Positions 49,164-63,112 of a stretch of DNA of 64,000 nt are shown here, one piece after another. The stretch lies in assembly GCF_044647545.1 (NCBI RefSeq), contig NZ_CP172818.1. One strand, written 5' to 3'. The DNA comes from Escherichia coli (GTDB lineage: Bacteria > Pseudomonadota > Gammaproteobacteria > Enterobacterales > Enterobacteriaceae). The notes under the pieces were generated by a model. That model did no database searches, had not been told where the DNA came from, and saw only the letters and a list, made by a program, of their open reading frames with translations. Each line of letters opens with the position of its first letter. Position 1 is the first letter of the stretch. The position numbers were made by a program, and so were the translations under genes.

Positions 49164-49409
49164 AGGGGGCTGATGTGTAGTGATACAAAAACTTACGTTA
49201 TATCACTGCTAATGAGATATCCGGCATCTGAACACTTATGTCTTTAATTATTCTCGTGGTTCACTATAGGCAATAAGCACAAAAGTGTAGGATGTTACAA
49301 GAATGAATTAGGACTCTATGAAATGAAAAATCCACGCAATTGCGTGGATTTAATGGTTTTTTTGATTCTCATGAAGTTCAATGAAACCTCATGAGACAAC
49401 AAATTTTAT

Positions 49410-50501
49410 TTAGACGTTGAACAGGAAGTTCATTACATCGCCATCTTTAACGATGTAATCTTTGCCTTCTGCACGCATTTTGCCTGCTTCTTTCGCGCCT
49501 TGTTCACCTTTGTAAGTGATGAAATCTTCAAACGAGATGGTTTGTGCACGGATAAAGCCTTTTTCAAAATCAGTATGGATTTTGCCAGCGGCCTGCGGCG
49601 CGGTTGCACCAACCGGAATGGTCCATGCACGTACTTCTTTCACCCCAGCGGTGAAGTAAGTTTGCAGGTTCAGCAGCTTATAACCGGCACGGATCACACG
49701 GTTCAGGCCCGGCTCTTCCAGCCCAAGCTCCTGCATAAACTCGTCACGTTCTTCGTCGTCCAGTTCGGCAATGTCTGCTTCAACAGCAGCACAAACCGGA
49801 ACCACAACAGAACCTTCTTTCGCCGCGATTTCACGCACCTGGTCAAGATACGGGTTGTTTTCAAAACCGTCTTCGTTGACGTTGGCGATGTACATTGTTG
49901 GTTTCAGCGTCAGGAAGCTCAGGTAACGAATAGCCGCTTTCTCTTCAGCGCTTAAATCCAGCGCGCGCAGCATACCTGCGTTTTCCAGCTGGGGCAGGCA
50001 TTTTTCCAGGACCGCCAGCTCAGCTTTCGCGTCTTTATCGCCACCTTTGGCTTTCTTCTGTACGCGATGAATCGCACGTTCACAGGTGTCGAGATCCGCC
50101 AGCGCCAGTTCGGTGTTGATAACTTCAATATCATCCGCCGGGTTAACTTTGCCGGAAACGTGAATGATGTTGTCATTTTCAAAGCAGCGAACAACGTGAC
50201 CGATCGCTTCGGTTTCACGGATGTTGGTCAGGAACTGGTTACCCAGACCTTCGCCTTTCGATGCGCCTTTTACCAGACCGGCGATATCGACAAATTCCAT
50301 GGTCGTGGGAAGCGTACGCTGCGGTTTTACGATTTCAGCCAGTTGATCCAGGCGAGGGTCAGGCATTGGTACGACGCCTGTGTTCGGCTCAATGGTACAG
50401 AATGGAAAGTTGGCCGCTTCAATACCGGCTTTGGTCAGCGCGTTGAACAGGGTAGATTTCCCGACGTTGGGCAAACCGACGATACCGCATTTGAATCCCA
50501 T
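49410..50501 (-). CDS. ychF: Ribosome-binding ATPase YchF
   Basis: 363-aa ORF with G1 motif GLPNVGKST. Confidence 0.95.
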
Positions 50502-50617
50502 GATTTAAATCACCTTAATATCTTAATAATCAACCTGTTATTGCTAACAGATTGCAGAAATGGAAATAACTTTGCCTATTATACACGGCACTCGGCAAAA
50601 ATGCCGCAGACAACGAC

Positions 50618-51202
50618 TTATTGCGCTTTAAAGGCGTGCAATCGGTTCGTTGCTTTGGTCAAGCCATCTGTAAACCACATTTCAGTACAACGTGCCGCTT
50701 CGTCGATGGCTTCATCAATTAACTTCTGTTCACTAACAGGCGGTTTGCCTAACACAAAACCGACAACTTTATTTTTATCGCCTGGATGACCAATTCCGAT
50801 GCGTAAACGGTGAAAGTTAGGGTTATTACCCAATTTACTGATGATGTCTTTCAGTCCATTGTGACCACCATGGCCACCGCCCAACTTAAATTTGGCGACG
50901 CCAGGAGGCAGATCCAGTTCGTCGTGGGCCACCAGAATTTCGTCCGGATTAATACGGAAAAAACTGGCCATCGCCGCAACGGCTTTGCCGCTGAGATTCA
51001 TAAATGTAGTCGGGACTAACAGGCGGACATCTTCGCCTCCAAGGGTGACTCGCGAAGTATAACCAAAGAATTTAGCCTCTTCGCGCAGCGGAGCGCGCAA
51101 TCGCTCTGCCAGTAAGTCAACGAACCAGGCACCAGCATTATGTCGCGTTGCGGCGTATTCAGCGCCGGGGTTCGCCAGGCCGACAATCAATTTAATCGTC
51201 AC
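50618..51202 (-). CDS. pth: Peptidyl-tRNA hydrolase
   Basis: 194-aa ORF. Confidence 0.95.
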
Positions 51203-51479
51203 GTTTTTTTGTCCTGAGTGTGTACATAACTGGCGCGTAGTTTACTGGTTGCGGCCCCGCTTGACAAAAAACTGCGTATCAAATGCAGATAACGCAATAA
51301 TTGCCTGAGTGGACTATTAGAAAGCCAAGGTGTTCAGGCGTTTATTTGTAAAGTTTTGTTGAAATAAGGGTTGTAATTGTGATCACGCCCGCACATAACC
51401 CACAGGGTGTTGTCTATACTTTACACATAAGGAAGAGGGGTATTCCCTGTTACAACCCAGAAAGTTCCGGAGGTGACAT

Positions 51480-51758
51480 ATGAAACGCAAAAACGCTTCG
51501 TTACTCGGTAACGTGCTCATGGGGTTGGGTCTGGTGGTAATGGTGGTCGGTGTGGGGTATTCAATCCTCAACCAGTTACCACAGTTTAATATGCCCCAGT
51601 ATTTCGCACATGGTGCAGTGCTAAGTATTTTCGTCGGTGCCATTCTCTGGCTGGCGGGTGCCCGTGTTGGCGGGCATGAACAGGTGTGCGACCGTTACTG
51701 GTGGGTTCGCCACTATGACAAACGTTGCCGCCGTAGCGATAATCGCCGTCATAGCTAA
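51480..51758 (+). CDS. ychH: Stress-induced membrane protein YchH
   Basis: 92-aa ORF. Confidence 0.85.
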   Translation: MKRKNASLLGNVLMGLGLVVMVVGVGYSILNQLPQFNMPQYFAHGAVLSIFVGAILWLAGARVGGHEQVCDRYWWVRHYDKRCRRSDNRRHS

Positions 51759-51812
51759 CAAATACTGCAGTTTACTGACCAGTCAGTTTGCTCTGACTGG
51801 TCAATCTCGTAC

Positions 51813-53492
51813 TTATAAATCCGCCATCGCCGCGCGACGATTCGGGAAGAAAGCAAGGCGGCCCGGGATCGGTTGAATGCCTGCGCGAGCCATCGTGCGC
51901 AGTGGCTGGAATTCCACGTTGCACACGCGCAGTTCACATCCTTCGGGTAGACGCTTCACAAAACGCTGGAACGCATCAAGACCACCAGCATCAAGTACCG
52001 GAACGGCATCCCACTTCAGAATCACAATCCGTTTGCCTTCAAGACGTGACTCCAGGTCTGTGAATAAGCCTTCAGCAGCAGCAAAAAACAGCGGGCCAAT
52101 AACGCGCAGTACCAGGACATCGTCTGGAACATCTACGACTACCGGTGCCAGGCGAGTCATACGTGCGATACGACGCATAAACAGCAGCGATGCCAGCACG
52201 ATCCCCACGCTGATGGCAATAACCATATCAAACAGCACGGTCAGCGACATGCACAACAGCATGACAATGATGTCATCTTTCGGTGCATGACGCAGCAAGT
52301 CGACCACTTTGTGCGCTTCACTCATGTTCCACGCCACCATCAACAGCAGGGCTGCCATGGCGGAAAGCGGCAGCCAGGAGAGCAGCGGTGCCAGTACCAG
52401 CAGGGCAAGAATAACCAGAATAGAGTGGATCACCGCCGAGATAGGGGAAGTTGCCCCGGCACGGACGTTAGCGGCAGAACGCGCGATGGCAGCTGTAGCG
52501 GTAATGCCACCAAAGAACGGAGCGATAATATTCCCCAGTCCCTGTCCAACCAGTTCGCTGTTCGCTTTGTGTTTCGTTCCGGTCATACCATCCAGTACCA
52601 CGGCGCAGAGCAGAGATTCGATTGCGCCGAGCATTGCCATTGAGAATGCCGCAGGCAGCAGTGTGCGAATAGAATCCCAGGTTAGCGTGAATTCTGAATC
52701 AGGCAGATCCCACGGCAGCACAAGTTGCGGCAGCAGTTGCGGAATACCGTTACCCTGAGAACCATCGGCCAGGACGTAGTGGAATTGCGAACCGATGGTA
52801 GCAACATGTCCGCCGAGCAGATTAACAATCCCCATCACCGCGCAACCAGCCAGCAAGGCCGGAAGATGACCGGGTAAACGAATGCCCAGACGCGGCCAGA
52901 AAACCAGAATACCAAGCGTCACAATGCCAATGGCTGCATCACCCACATTAATGGTCGGCAGCGCCATAAATAATGCGCCGACTTTTTGTAGATAATGTTC
53001 CGGGACATGGGCCATTTGCAGACCGAGAAAATCTTTAATCTGCATGGTACCGATGGTGATCCCGATACCCGAGGTGAAACCTAAGGTGACGGAAACCGGA
53101 ATATACTCAATCAGGCGCCCAAAGCGTGCCAGCCCCATCAGAATCAAAAAGATCCCCGACAGCAAGGTCGCAACCAGCAGTCCTGCCAGTCCAAACTGTT
53201 GCGAAACGGGATAGAGAATTACCACAAATGCCGCAGTCGGACCGGAAACGCTAAAGCGTGACCCCCCCGTCAGAGCAATGACAATCCCCGCAACAGCTGC
53301 GGTATATAAACCGTACTGGGGTGCCACACCACTACCAATAGCCAACGCCATCGCCAGCGGGATAGCAATAATCCCGACGGTTATCCCGGCAATCAGGTCA
53401 CGGGTAAACCGTGCGGCAGTATATTTTTCTTTCCAGCAAGCGTCGATCAGAGCGCGGAAAGGCATCACATGTGAGGAAAATATTTTGTTCAC
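51813..53492 (-). CDS. dauA: C4-dicarboxylate transporter DauA (SulP family, STAS domain)
   Basis: 559-aa multi-TM ORF. Confidence 0.9.
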   Translation of the reverse strand: MNKIFSSHVMPFRALIDACWKEKYTAARFTRDLIAGITVGIIAIPLAMALAIGSGVAPQYGLYTAAVAGIVIALTGGSRFSVSGPTAAFVVILYPVSQQFGLAGLLVATLLSGIFLILMGLARFGRLIEYIPVSVTLGFTSGIGITIGTMQIKDFLGLQMAHVPEHYLQKVGALFMALPTINVGDAAIGIVTLGILVFWPRLGIRLPGHLPALLAGCAVMGIVNLLGGHVATIGSQFHYVLADGSQGNGIPQLLPQLVLPWDLPDSEFTLTWDSIRTLLPAAFSMAMLGAIESLLCAVVLDGMTGTKHKANSELVGQGLGNIIAPFFGGITATAAIARSAANVRAGATSPISAVIHSILVILALLVLAPLLSWLPLSAMAALLLMVAWNMSEAHKVVDLLRHAPKDDIIVMLLCMSLTVLFDMVIAISVGIVLASLLFMRRIARMTRLAPVVVDVPDDVLVLRVIGPLFFAAAEGLFTDLESRLEGKRIVILKWDAVPVLDAGGLDAFQRFVKRLPEGCELRVCNVEFQPLRTMARAGIQPIPGRLAFFPNRRAAMADL

Positions 53493-53573
53493 AATAATGT
53501 TTCATCCGTGAGCGCATCATCTGTCAACTAAATGGCAGGTGAAGGAGGCATAGGTCATACAAATGGATATTAC

Positions 53574-53600
53574 AGACAAAAAAACCCGCCGCAGCGGGTC
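53574..53600 (-). terminator. prs terminator
   Basis: Minus strand cccgctgcggcggg hairpin followed by ttttttt. Confidence 0.65.
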
Positions 53601-53616
53601 TTTGAGCCGGGTTCGA

Positions 53617-54690
<1,074 letters not shown>

Positions 54691-54714
54691 TCACCGAAAC
54701 TCAGCTTGCCCGGC

Positions 54715-55565
54715 TTAAAGCATGGCTCTGTGCAATGGGGAAAGATTAACGCCTTTCGCCACAAAGCCATTGAGCCATTCCGGGGCTTGCTCTAGCACCT
54801 GGCGGGCTTCAGACTCTGTATCAAATTCAGCAAAGACACAGGCCCCTGTCCCAGTCAGGCGCGACGGGGCGTATTCTAACAGCCAGGAAAGCACCGCATC
54901 AACCTCGCGAAAACGTTTTCTTGCGATAACCTCGCAATCATTGCTGAATTCACATTTTAGCAACGTTTCTATTGACCTTTTTGGCGTATTGCGCGGGAGT
55001 TCAGGATCTTTAAAAATCACCGGTGTCGGAATACTTACACCAGGGTGCGCCACCAGATACCACTTCTCTGGCGGATCCACCGGCGTTAGTATTTCACCAA
55101 CGCCTTCGGCAAACGCGGCATGCCCCCGAACAAAGACAGGAACATCTGCGCCCAGCGTCAGTCCCATTTCCGCCAGCTCATCCATGCTTAGCCCGCATTG
55201 CCAGAGATGATTTAATGCCACCAGGACCGTCGCGGCATTGGATGAACCACCGCCGAGACCGCCGCCCATCGGCAAACGCTTGTCAATGCTGATATTCGCA
55301 CCGCTTCCCGTCGGAAGGCGCCCGCTGTCTGCCGCAGTTTTCATCAATAACCGCGCTGCGCGAACGATCAGGTTATCTTCATGTTCCACGCCTTCAACGG
55401 GCGTTAACAGACGAATATCCCCATCGTCACGAAGCTCAATGTTGATGGTGTCGCCGTAATCAAGAAACTGAAACAGCGTTTGCAGCGTGTGGTAACCATC
55501 CGCACGCTGACCGGTAATGTATAAAAACAGATTAAGTTTTGCCGGAGAGGGCCACTGTGTCCGCA

Positions 55566-55566
<1 letters not shown>
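54715..55566 (-). CDS. ispE: 4-diphosphocytidyl-2-C-methyl-D-erythritol kinase IspE
   Basis: 283-aa ORF. Confidence 0.95.
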
Positions 55567-56258
<692 letters not shown>

Positions 56259-56402
56259 CTATGTTCACGTTGTCTTAATTGCCAGAATCTAACGGCTTTC
56301 AGCAATTACTCCAAAAGGGGGCGCTCTCTTTTATTGATCTTACGCATCCTGTATGATGCAAGCAGACTAACCCTATCAACGTTGGTATTATTTCCCGCAG
56401 AC

Positions 56403-57659
56403 ATGACCCTTTTAGCACTCGGTATCAACCATAAAACGGCACCTGTATCGCTGCGAGAACGTGTATCGTTTTCGCCGGATAAGCTCGAGCAGGCGCTTGA
56501 CAGCCTGCTTGCGCAGCCGATGGTGCAGGGCGGTGTGGTGCTGTCGACGTGTAACCGCACAGAACTTTATCTCAGCGTTGAAGAACGGGATGACCTGCAA
56601 GAGGCGCTCATTCGCTGGTTGTGTGATTACCATAATCTCAACGAAGACGATCTGCGTAATAGCCTCTACTGGCATCAGGATAACGATGCGGTCAGTCATT
56701 TAATGCGCGTTGCCAGTGGGCTTGATTCTCTCGTCCTTGGCGAGCCGCAGATCCTCGGTCAGGTTAAAAAAGCGTTTGCCGATTCGCAAAAAGGTCATAT
56801 GAAGGCCAGAGAACTGGAACGCATGTTTCAGAAATCTTTCTCTGTGGCGAAACGCGTTCGCACTGAAACAGATATCGGTGCCAGTGCTGTGTCTGTCGCT
56901 TTTGCGGCTTGTACGCTGGCGCGGCAGATCTTTGAATCGCTCTCTACGGTGACGGTACTGCTGGTGGGTGCGGGCGAAACCATCGAGCTGGTGGCGCGTC
57001 ATCTGCGTGAACACAAAGTACAGAAGATGATTATCGCCAACCGCACTCGCGAACGTGCCCAAATTCTGGCAGATGAAGTCGGCGCGGAAGTGATTGCCCT
57101 GAGCGATATCGACGAGCGTCTGCGCGAAGCCGATATCATCATTAGTTCCACCGCCAGCCCGTTACCGATTATCGGGAAAGGCATGGTGGAGCGGGCATTA
57201 AAAAGCCGTCGCAACCAACCAATGCTGCTGGTGGATATTGCCGTTCCGCGCGATGTTGAGCCGGAAGTTGGTAAACTGGCGAATGCTTATCTTTATAGCG
57301 TTGACGATCTGCAAAGCATTATTTCGCACAATCTGGCGCAGCGTAAAGCCGCAGCAGTTGAGGCGGAAACTATAGTCGCTCAGGAAACCAGCGAATTTAT
57401 GGCGTGGTTGCGTGCACAAAGCGCCAGCGAGACCATTCGCGAGTATCGCAGCCAGGCAGAGCACGTTCGCGATGAGTTAACCGCCAAAGCGTTAGCGGCC
57501 CTTGAGCAGGGCGGCGACGCCCAAGCCATTATGCAGGATCTGGCATGGAAACTGACTAACCGCCTGATCCATGCGCCAACGAAATCACTTCAACAGGCCG
57601 CCCGTGACGGGGATAACGAACGCCTGAATATTCTGCGCGACAGCCTCGGGCTGGAGTAG
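56403..57659 (+). CDS. hemA: Glutamyl-tRNA reductase HemA
   Basis: 418 aa from ATG 56403 ([21 protein letters not shown]...). Confidence 0.95.
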   Translation: MTLLALGINHKTAPVSLRERVSFSPDKLEQALDSLLAQPMVQGGVVLSTCNRTELYLSVEERDDLQEALIRWLCDYHNLNEDDLRNSLYWHQDNDAVSHLMRVASGLDSLVLGEPQILGQVKKAFADSQKGHMKARELERMFQKSFSVAKRVRTETDIGASAVSVAFAACTLARQIFESLSTVTVLLVGAGETIELVARHLREHKVQKMIIANRTRERAQILADEVGAEVIALSDIDERLREADIIISSTASPLPIIGKGMVERALKSRRNQPMLLVDIAVPRDVEPEVGKLANAYLYSVDDLQSIISHNLAQRKAAAVEAETIVAQETSEFMAWLRAQSASETIREYRSQAEHVRDELTAKALAALEQGGDAQAIMQDLAWKLTNRLIHAPTKSLQQAARDGDNERLNILRDSLGLE

Positions 57660-57700
57660 CAGTACATCATTTTCCTTTTTTACAGGGTGCATTTACGCCT

Positions 57701-58783
57701 ATGAAGCCTTCTATCGTTGCCAAACTGGAAGCCCTGCATGAACGCCATGAAGAAGTTCAGGCGTTGCTGGGTGACGCGCAAACTATCGCCGACCAGGAAC
57801 GTTTTCGCGCATTATCACGCGAATATGCGCAGTTAAGTGATGTTTCGCGCAGTTTTACCGACTGGCAACAGGTTCAGGAAGATATCGAAACCGCACAGAT
57901 GATGCTCGATGATCCTGAAATGCGTGAGATGGCGCAGGATGAACTGCGCGAAGCTAAAGAAAAAAGCGAGCAACTGGAACAGCAATTACAGGTTCTGTTA
58001 CTACCAAAAGATCCTGATGACGAACGTAACGCCTTCCTCGAAGTCCGTGCCGGAACCGGCGGCGACGAAGCGGCGCTGTTCGCAGGCGATCTGTTCCGTA
58101 TGTACAGCCGTTATGCCGAAGCCCGCCGCTGGCGGGTAGAAATCATGAGCGCCAGCGAGGGTGAACATGGTGGTTATAAAGAGATCATCGCCAAAATTAG
58201 CGGTGATGGTGTGTATGGTCGTCTGAAATTTGAATCCGGCGGTCATCGCGTGCAGCGTGTGCCTGCTACGGAATCGCAGGGGCGTATTCATACTTCTGCT
58301 TGTACCGTTGCGGTAATGCCAGAACTGCCTGACGCAGAACTGCCGGACATCAACCCGGCAGATTTGCGCATAGATACTTTCCGCTCGTCAGGGGCGGGTG
58401 GTCAGCACGTTAACACCACCGATTCGGCAATTCGTATTACTCACTTGCCGACAGGGATTGTTGTTGAATGTCAGGACGAACGTTCACAACATAAAAACAA
58501 AGCTAAAGCACTTTCTGTACTTGGTGCTCGCATCCACGCTGCAGAAATGGCAAAACGGCAACAGGCCGAAGCGTCTACCCGTCGTAACCTGCTGGGGAGT
58601 GGCGATCGCAGCGACCGTAACCGTACTTACAACTTCCCGCAGGGGCGCGTTACCGATCACCGCATCAACCTGACGCTCTACCGTCTGGATGAAGTGATGG
58701 AAGGTAAGCTGGATATGCTAATTGAACCGATTATCCAGGAACATCAGGCCGACCAACTGGCGGCGTTGTCCGAGCAGGAATAA
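57701..58783 (+). CDS. prfA: Peptide chain release factor RF1
   Basis: 360-aa ORF with GGQ motif. Confidence 0.95.
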   Translation: MKPSIVAKLEALHERHEEVQALLGDAQTIADQERFRALSREYAQLSDVSRSFTDWQQVQEDIETAQMMLDDPEMREMAQDELREAKEKSEQLEQQLQVLLLPKDPDDERNAFLEVRAGTGGDEAALFAGDLFRMYSRYAEARRWRVEIMSASEGEHGGYKEIIAKISGDGVYGRLKFESGGHRVQRVPATESQGRIHTSACTVAVMPELPDAELPDINPADLRIDTFRSSGAGGQHVNTTDSAIRITHLPTGIVVECQDERSQHKNKAKALSVLGARIHAAEMAKRQQAEASTRRNLLGSGDRSDRNRTYNFPQGRVTDHRINLTLYRLDEVMEGKLDMLIEPIIQEHQADQLAALSEQE

Positions 58784-59616
58784 TGGAATATCAACACTGG
58801 TTACGTGAAGCAATAAGCCAACTTCAGGCGAGCGAAAGCCCGCGGCGTGATGCTGAAATCCTGCTGGCGCATGTTACCGGCAAAGGGCGTACTTTTATTC
58901 TCGCCTTTGGTGAAACGCAGCTGACTGACGAACAATGTCAGCAACTTGATGCGCTACTGACGCGTCGTCGCGATGGTGAACCTATTGCTCATTTAACCGG
59001 GGTGCGAGAATTCTGGTCGCTGCCGTTATTTGTTTCGCCAGCGACCTTAATTCCGCGCCCGGATACGGAGTGTCTGGTGGAGCAGGCACTGGCGCGGTTG
59101 CCTGAACAACCTTGCCGTATTCTCGATCTCGGGACGGGTACCGGGGCGATTGCGCTGGCGCTGGCTAGCGAGCGCCCGGACTGCGAAATTACCGCTGTAG
59201 ATCGTATGCCAGATGCTGTCTCTCTGGCGCAACGTAATGCTCAGAATCTGGCGATCAAAAACATCCATATTCTGCAAAGCGACTGGTTTAGCGCGCTAGC
59301 CGGGCAGCAGTTTGCGATGATTGTCAGTAATCCGCCGTATATTGACGAGCAGGACCCACATCTTCAACAAGGCGATGTCCGCTTTGAGCCGCTCACTGCG
59401 CTGGTTGCGGCAGACAGTGGAATGGCAGACATCGTGCATATCATCGAACAGTCGCGTAACGCGCTGGTATCCGGCGGCTTTCTGCTTCTGGAACATGGCT
59501 GGCAGCAGGGCGAAGCGGTGCGACAGGCATTTATCCACGCGGGATATCATGACGTCGAAACCTGTCGGGACTATGGTGATAACGAGCGCGTAACGCTCGG
59601 CCGCTATTATCAATGA
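58783..59616 (+). CDS. prmC: Release-factor glutamine methyltransferase PrmC (HemK)
   Basis: 277-aa ORF with NPPY motif; start overlaps prfA stop. Confidence 0.95.
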   Translation: MEYQHWLREAISQLQASESPRRDAEILLAHVTGKGRTFILAFGETQLTDEQCQQLDALLTRRRDGEPIAHLTGVREFWSLPLFVSPATLIPRPDTECLVEQALARLPEQPCRILDLGTGTGAIALALASERPDCEITAVDRMPDAVSLAQRNAQNLAIKNIHILQSDWFSALAGQQFAMIVSNPPYIDEQDPHLQQGDVRFEPLTALVAADSGMADIVHIIEQSRNALVSGGFLLLEHGWQQGEAVRQAFIHAGYHDVETCRDYGDNERVTLGRYYQ

Positions 59617-60005
59617 CAAGTTTTTCTACACTGCTTAGTGTTCATCTTATTAGTATCGCGCTTTCTGTTGGGCTATTAACCTTACGTTTCTGGCTACGTT
59701 ATCAGAAGCATCCACAGGCATTTGCGCGCTGGACGCGCATTGTGCCGCCGGTTGTCGATACGCTGTTATTGTTAAGCGGCATTGCGTTGATGGCTAAAGC
59801 GCACATCCTGCCATTTTCCGGGCAGGCACAGTGGCTGACTGAAAAGCTGTTTGGAGTTATCATTTATATCGTTTTGGGTTTTATTGCACTCGATTATCGT
59901 CGTATGCACAGTCAGCAGGCGCGCATTATTGCCTTCCCGCTGGCGTTGGTGGTGCTGTACATCATCATTAAACTCGCCACCACAAAAGTACCGTTACTGG
60001 GGTAA
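59613..60005 (+). CDS. sirB2: Inner membrane protein SirB2 (YchQ)
   Basis: 130-aa ORF; 4-nt overlap with prmC. Confidence 0.85.
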   Translation: MTSFSTLLSVHLISIALSVGLLTLRFWLRYQKHPQAFARWTRIVPPVVDTLLLLSGIALMAKAHILPFSGQAQWLTEKLFGVIIYIVLGFIALDYRRMHSQQARIIAFPLALVVLYIIIKLATTKVPLLG

Positions 60006-60008
60006 GTC

Positions 60009-60818
60009 ATGAGATCGTTAGCTGATTTCGAATTTAATAAAGCGCCATTGTGCGAAGGCATGATCCTGGCTTGCGAAGCAATCCGCCGCGATTTTCCCTC
60101 GCAAGATGTTTACGACGAACTGGAGCGTCTCGTTAGTCTGGCGAAGGAAGAAATCAGCCAGCTTCTGCCTTTAGAAGAGCAGCTGGAAAAACTGATCGCG
60201 CTGTTTTACGGCGACTGGGGATTTAAAGCCTCACGCGGCGTTTATCGTCTTTCCGATGCATTATGGCTGGACCAGGTGTTAAAGAATCGACAGGGCAGTG
60301 CGGTATCATTAGGTGCCGTTTTATTATGGGTCGCGAATCGTCTCGATTTGCCACTGCTGCCGGTGATTTTCCCTACGCAGCTGATATTGCGCTTTGAATG
60401 TCCGGATGGCGAAATTTGGCTGATTAATCCTTTTAACGGTGAATCGTTAAGCGAACATATGCTGGACGTATGGTTAAAGGGAAATATCAGCCCGTCGGCG
60501 GAACTGTTTTATGAAGACCTTGATGAAGCTGATAACATTGAGGTAATCCGCAAATTGCTGGATACACTCAAAGCCTCGTTGATGGAAGAAAATCAGATGG
60601 AGCTGGCGCTACGTACCAGCGAAGCTTTATTACAATTTAACCCGGAAGATCCCTATGAAATTCGCGATCGCGGGTTGATTTATGCGCAACTGGATTGCGA
60701 ACACGTTGCGTTGAACGATTTAAGTTATTTCGTTGAACAGTGTCCGGAAGACCCGATCAGCGAAATGATCCGTGTGCAAATAAATAACATCGCGCATAAA
60801 CATATTGTGCTGCATTAA
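60009..60818 (+). CDS. sirB1: SirB1 (YchA)
   Basis: 269-aa ORF. Confidence 0.85.
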   Translation: MRSLADFEFNKAPLCEGMILACEAIRRDFPSQDVYDELERLVSLAKEEISQLLPLEEQLEKLIALFYGDWGFKASRGVYRLSDALWLDQVLKNRQGSAVSLGAVLLWVANRLDLPLLPVIFPTQLILRFECPDGEIWLINPFNGESLSEHMLDVWLKGNISPSAELFYEDLDEADNIEVIRKLLDTLKASLMEENQMELALRTSEALLQFNPEDPYEIRDRGLIYAQLDCEHVALNDLSYFVEQCPEDPISEMIRVQINNIAHKHIVLH

Positions 60819-60844
60819 TTAATCGACATTTTACTCAAGATTAA

Positions 60845-61708
<864 letters not shown>

Positions 61709-61785
61709 TCTTTTTTGCCTGAAAACTAAAGCCTTAGCGTTCTGCGTTAAGGTTTTTTTCATGGGTGCCGGATACAAAAAAGGCC

Positions 61786-61820
61786 GCAGGCTGTTACCCC
61801 TGCGGCCGTTTTCGGGCGCA
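61786..61820. terminator. Bidirectional hairpin terminator (kdsA on + strand, ldr on - strand)
   Basis: ggccgcagg-ctgttaccc-ctgcggcc flanked by aaaaa upstream and gtttt downstream. Confidence 0.6.
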
Positions 61821-61856
61821 TATTGCCATCACGGCAGCCTGACGCCCGTTTTCACC

Positions 61857-61964
61857 TTACTTCCGGTTACGCCACCAGCTGACAATCACTGCGGTAATAA
61901 TTCCCGCCAGGATCGGTGCTGCCAGGTCGTGCCAGAAAGTCATGGCAAACTGCGCGAGCGTCAT
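61857..61964 (-). CDS. ldr: Type I toxin Ldr, copy 1 (35 aa)
   Basis: Encodes MTLAQFAMTFWHDLAAPILAGIITAVIVSWWRNRK; which K-12 paralog (ldrA/B/C) is not resolved. Confidence 0.85.
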   Translation of the reverse strand: MTLAQFAMTFWHDLAAPILAGIITAVIVSWWRNRK

Positions 61965-62139
61965 ATAGCCGCCTTGTTGTAATGACAACATTTTGCGGCT
62001 ATTCTTGAATTGTTCTGGTTCAAGATTAGCCCCCGTTCTGTTGTCAGGTTGTACCTCTCAACGTGCGGGGGGGTTCTCTTTCCAGCAACCAATGCCACCA
62101 GGGATAAAGCCCCCGCAACATTGCGCCTCACCGGATAAC

Positions 62140-62225
62140 GCCGGCTTGGTGTGGATACTACGTCTCAATTCATCTTCACTTCATCCCTGAAATGTTTGCA
62201 ATGAAGAGTGCATTCCGGTTTTTCA
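62140..62225 (+). ncRNA. rdl: Candidate Rdl antisense RNA, copy 1 (position inferred)
   Basis: Conserved repeat segment upstream of ldr on the opposite strand, ending in gcattccggttttt; boundaries approximate. Confidence 0.4.
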
Positions 62226-62232
62226 ACAGCTG

Positions 62233-62518
62233 TTATTTCTTTTTACCCTTCCTTTCCCCCCCCTTTTTCCCACCTTTATGCCCTAAACAAATACTCATAC
62301 CCTTCAATCAAATTACCCTTATTTCCTCTCATCGGGTTCTCTCACAACAATCAGGATAAAGCCCCCCATTCCCTCCGGATACCCGGCTGGATATCGTCTC
62401 AATTCATCTCACTCATCCCAAATGTTCAAAATCATCCTCAACCCAGTCGTTTCATGAGTGCTCTGGATGATGCTTCCAGCTCGGGTTGCCAATATTTACT
62501 TGCAGAAGAGATAAAGAC
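62233..62518. repeat. Degenerate partial ldr/rdl repeat unit without a toxin ORF
   Basis: Aligns loosely to the leader/rdl part of the flanking units (ggataaagccccc...tctcaattcatct...); C/T-rich low-complexity tract at 62240-62290. Confidence 0.6.
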
Positions 62519-62599
62519 AAAAAGGGCCGCAGGCTGTTACCCCTACGGCCGGTTTCGGGCGCATATTGCCATCACGGCAGCCTGACGCCCGTTTTCACC

Positions 62600-62707
62600 T
62601 TACTTCCGGTTACGCCACCAGCTGACAATCACTGCGGTAATAATCCCCGCCAGGATCGGTGCCGCCAGGTCGTGCCAGAAAATCATGGCAAACTGCGCGA
62701 GCGTCAT
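62600..62707 (-). CDS. ldr: Type I toxin Ldr, copy 2 (35 aa)
   Basis: Encodes MTLAQFAMIFWHDLAAPILAGIITAVIVSWWRNRK. Confidence 0.85.
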   Translation of the reverse strand: MTLAQFAMIFWHDLAAPILAGIITAVIVSWWRNRK

Positions 62708-62879
62708 ATAGCCGCCTTGTTGTAATGACAACATTTTGCGGCTATTCTTGAATTGTTGATGGTTCAAGATTAGCCCCCGTTCTGTTGTCAGGTTTTACCT
62801 CTCAACGTGCGGGGGTTTTCTCTTTCCAGCAACCAATGCCACCAGGGATAAAGCCCCCGCAACATTGCGCCTCACCGGA

Positions 62880-62970
62880 TAACGCCGGCTTGGTGTGGAT
62901 ATTACGTCTCAATTCATCTTCACTTCATCCCTGAAATGTTTGCAATAAAGAGTACATTCCGGCTTTTCAA
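62880..62970 (+). ncRNA. rdl: Candidate Rdl antisense RNA, copy 2 (position inferred)
   Basis: Same conserved segment as copy 1, ending in acattccggctttt. Confidence 0.4.
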
Positions 62971-63112
62971 CAGCTGTTGCAGTGGTTTCGTGCAGGTTGT
63001 GGTACAGGCTCGCAATTCTGATTAACGACCTGTTCAGGTAGTATGAAGAAATACAATAAGCAGGAATTTATATTATCTCCCCCGATTTCTGTCATCAGAG
63101 GAGATATAACTG

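Noticed and set aside
51877-52758. Three long + strand ORFs (137, 118, 149 aa)
   Set aside because: All lie within dauA on the opposite strand; low-complexity Arg/Ser/Thr-rich translations typical of antisense frames.
61761-62725. + strand ORFs (73, 65, 125, 79 aa) across the ldr/rdl repeats, and the idea that the repeats form a CRISPR array
   Set aside because: The ORFs are duplicated shadow frames across terminator and leader sequence. The repeat units are about 450 bp with a toxin ORF, not short direct repeats separated by unique spacers, and no cas genes are nearby.
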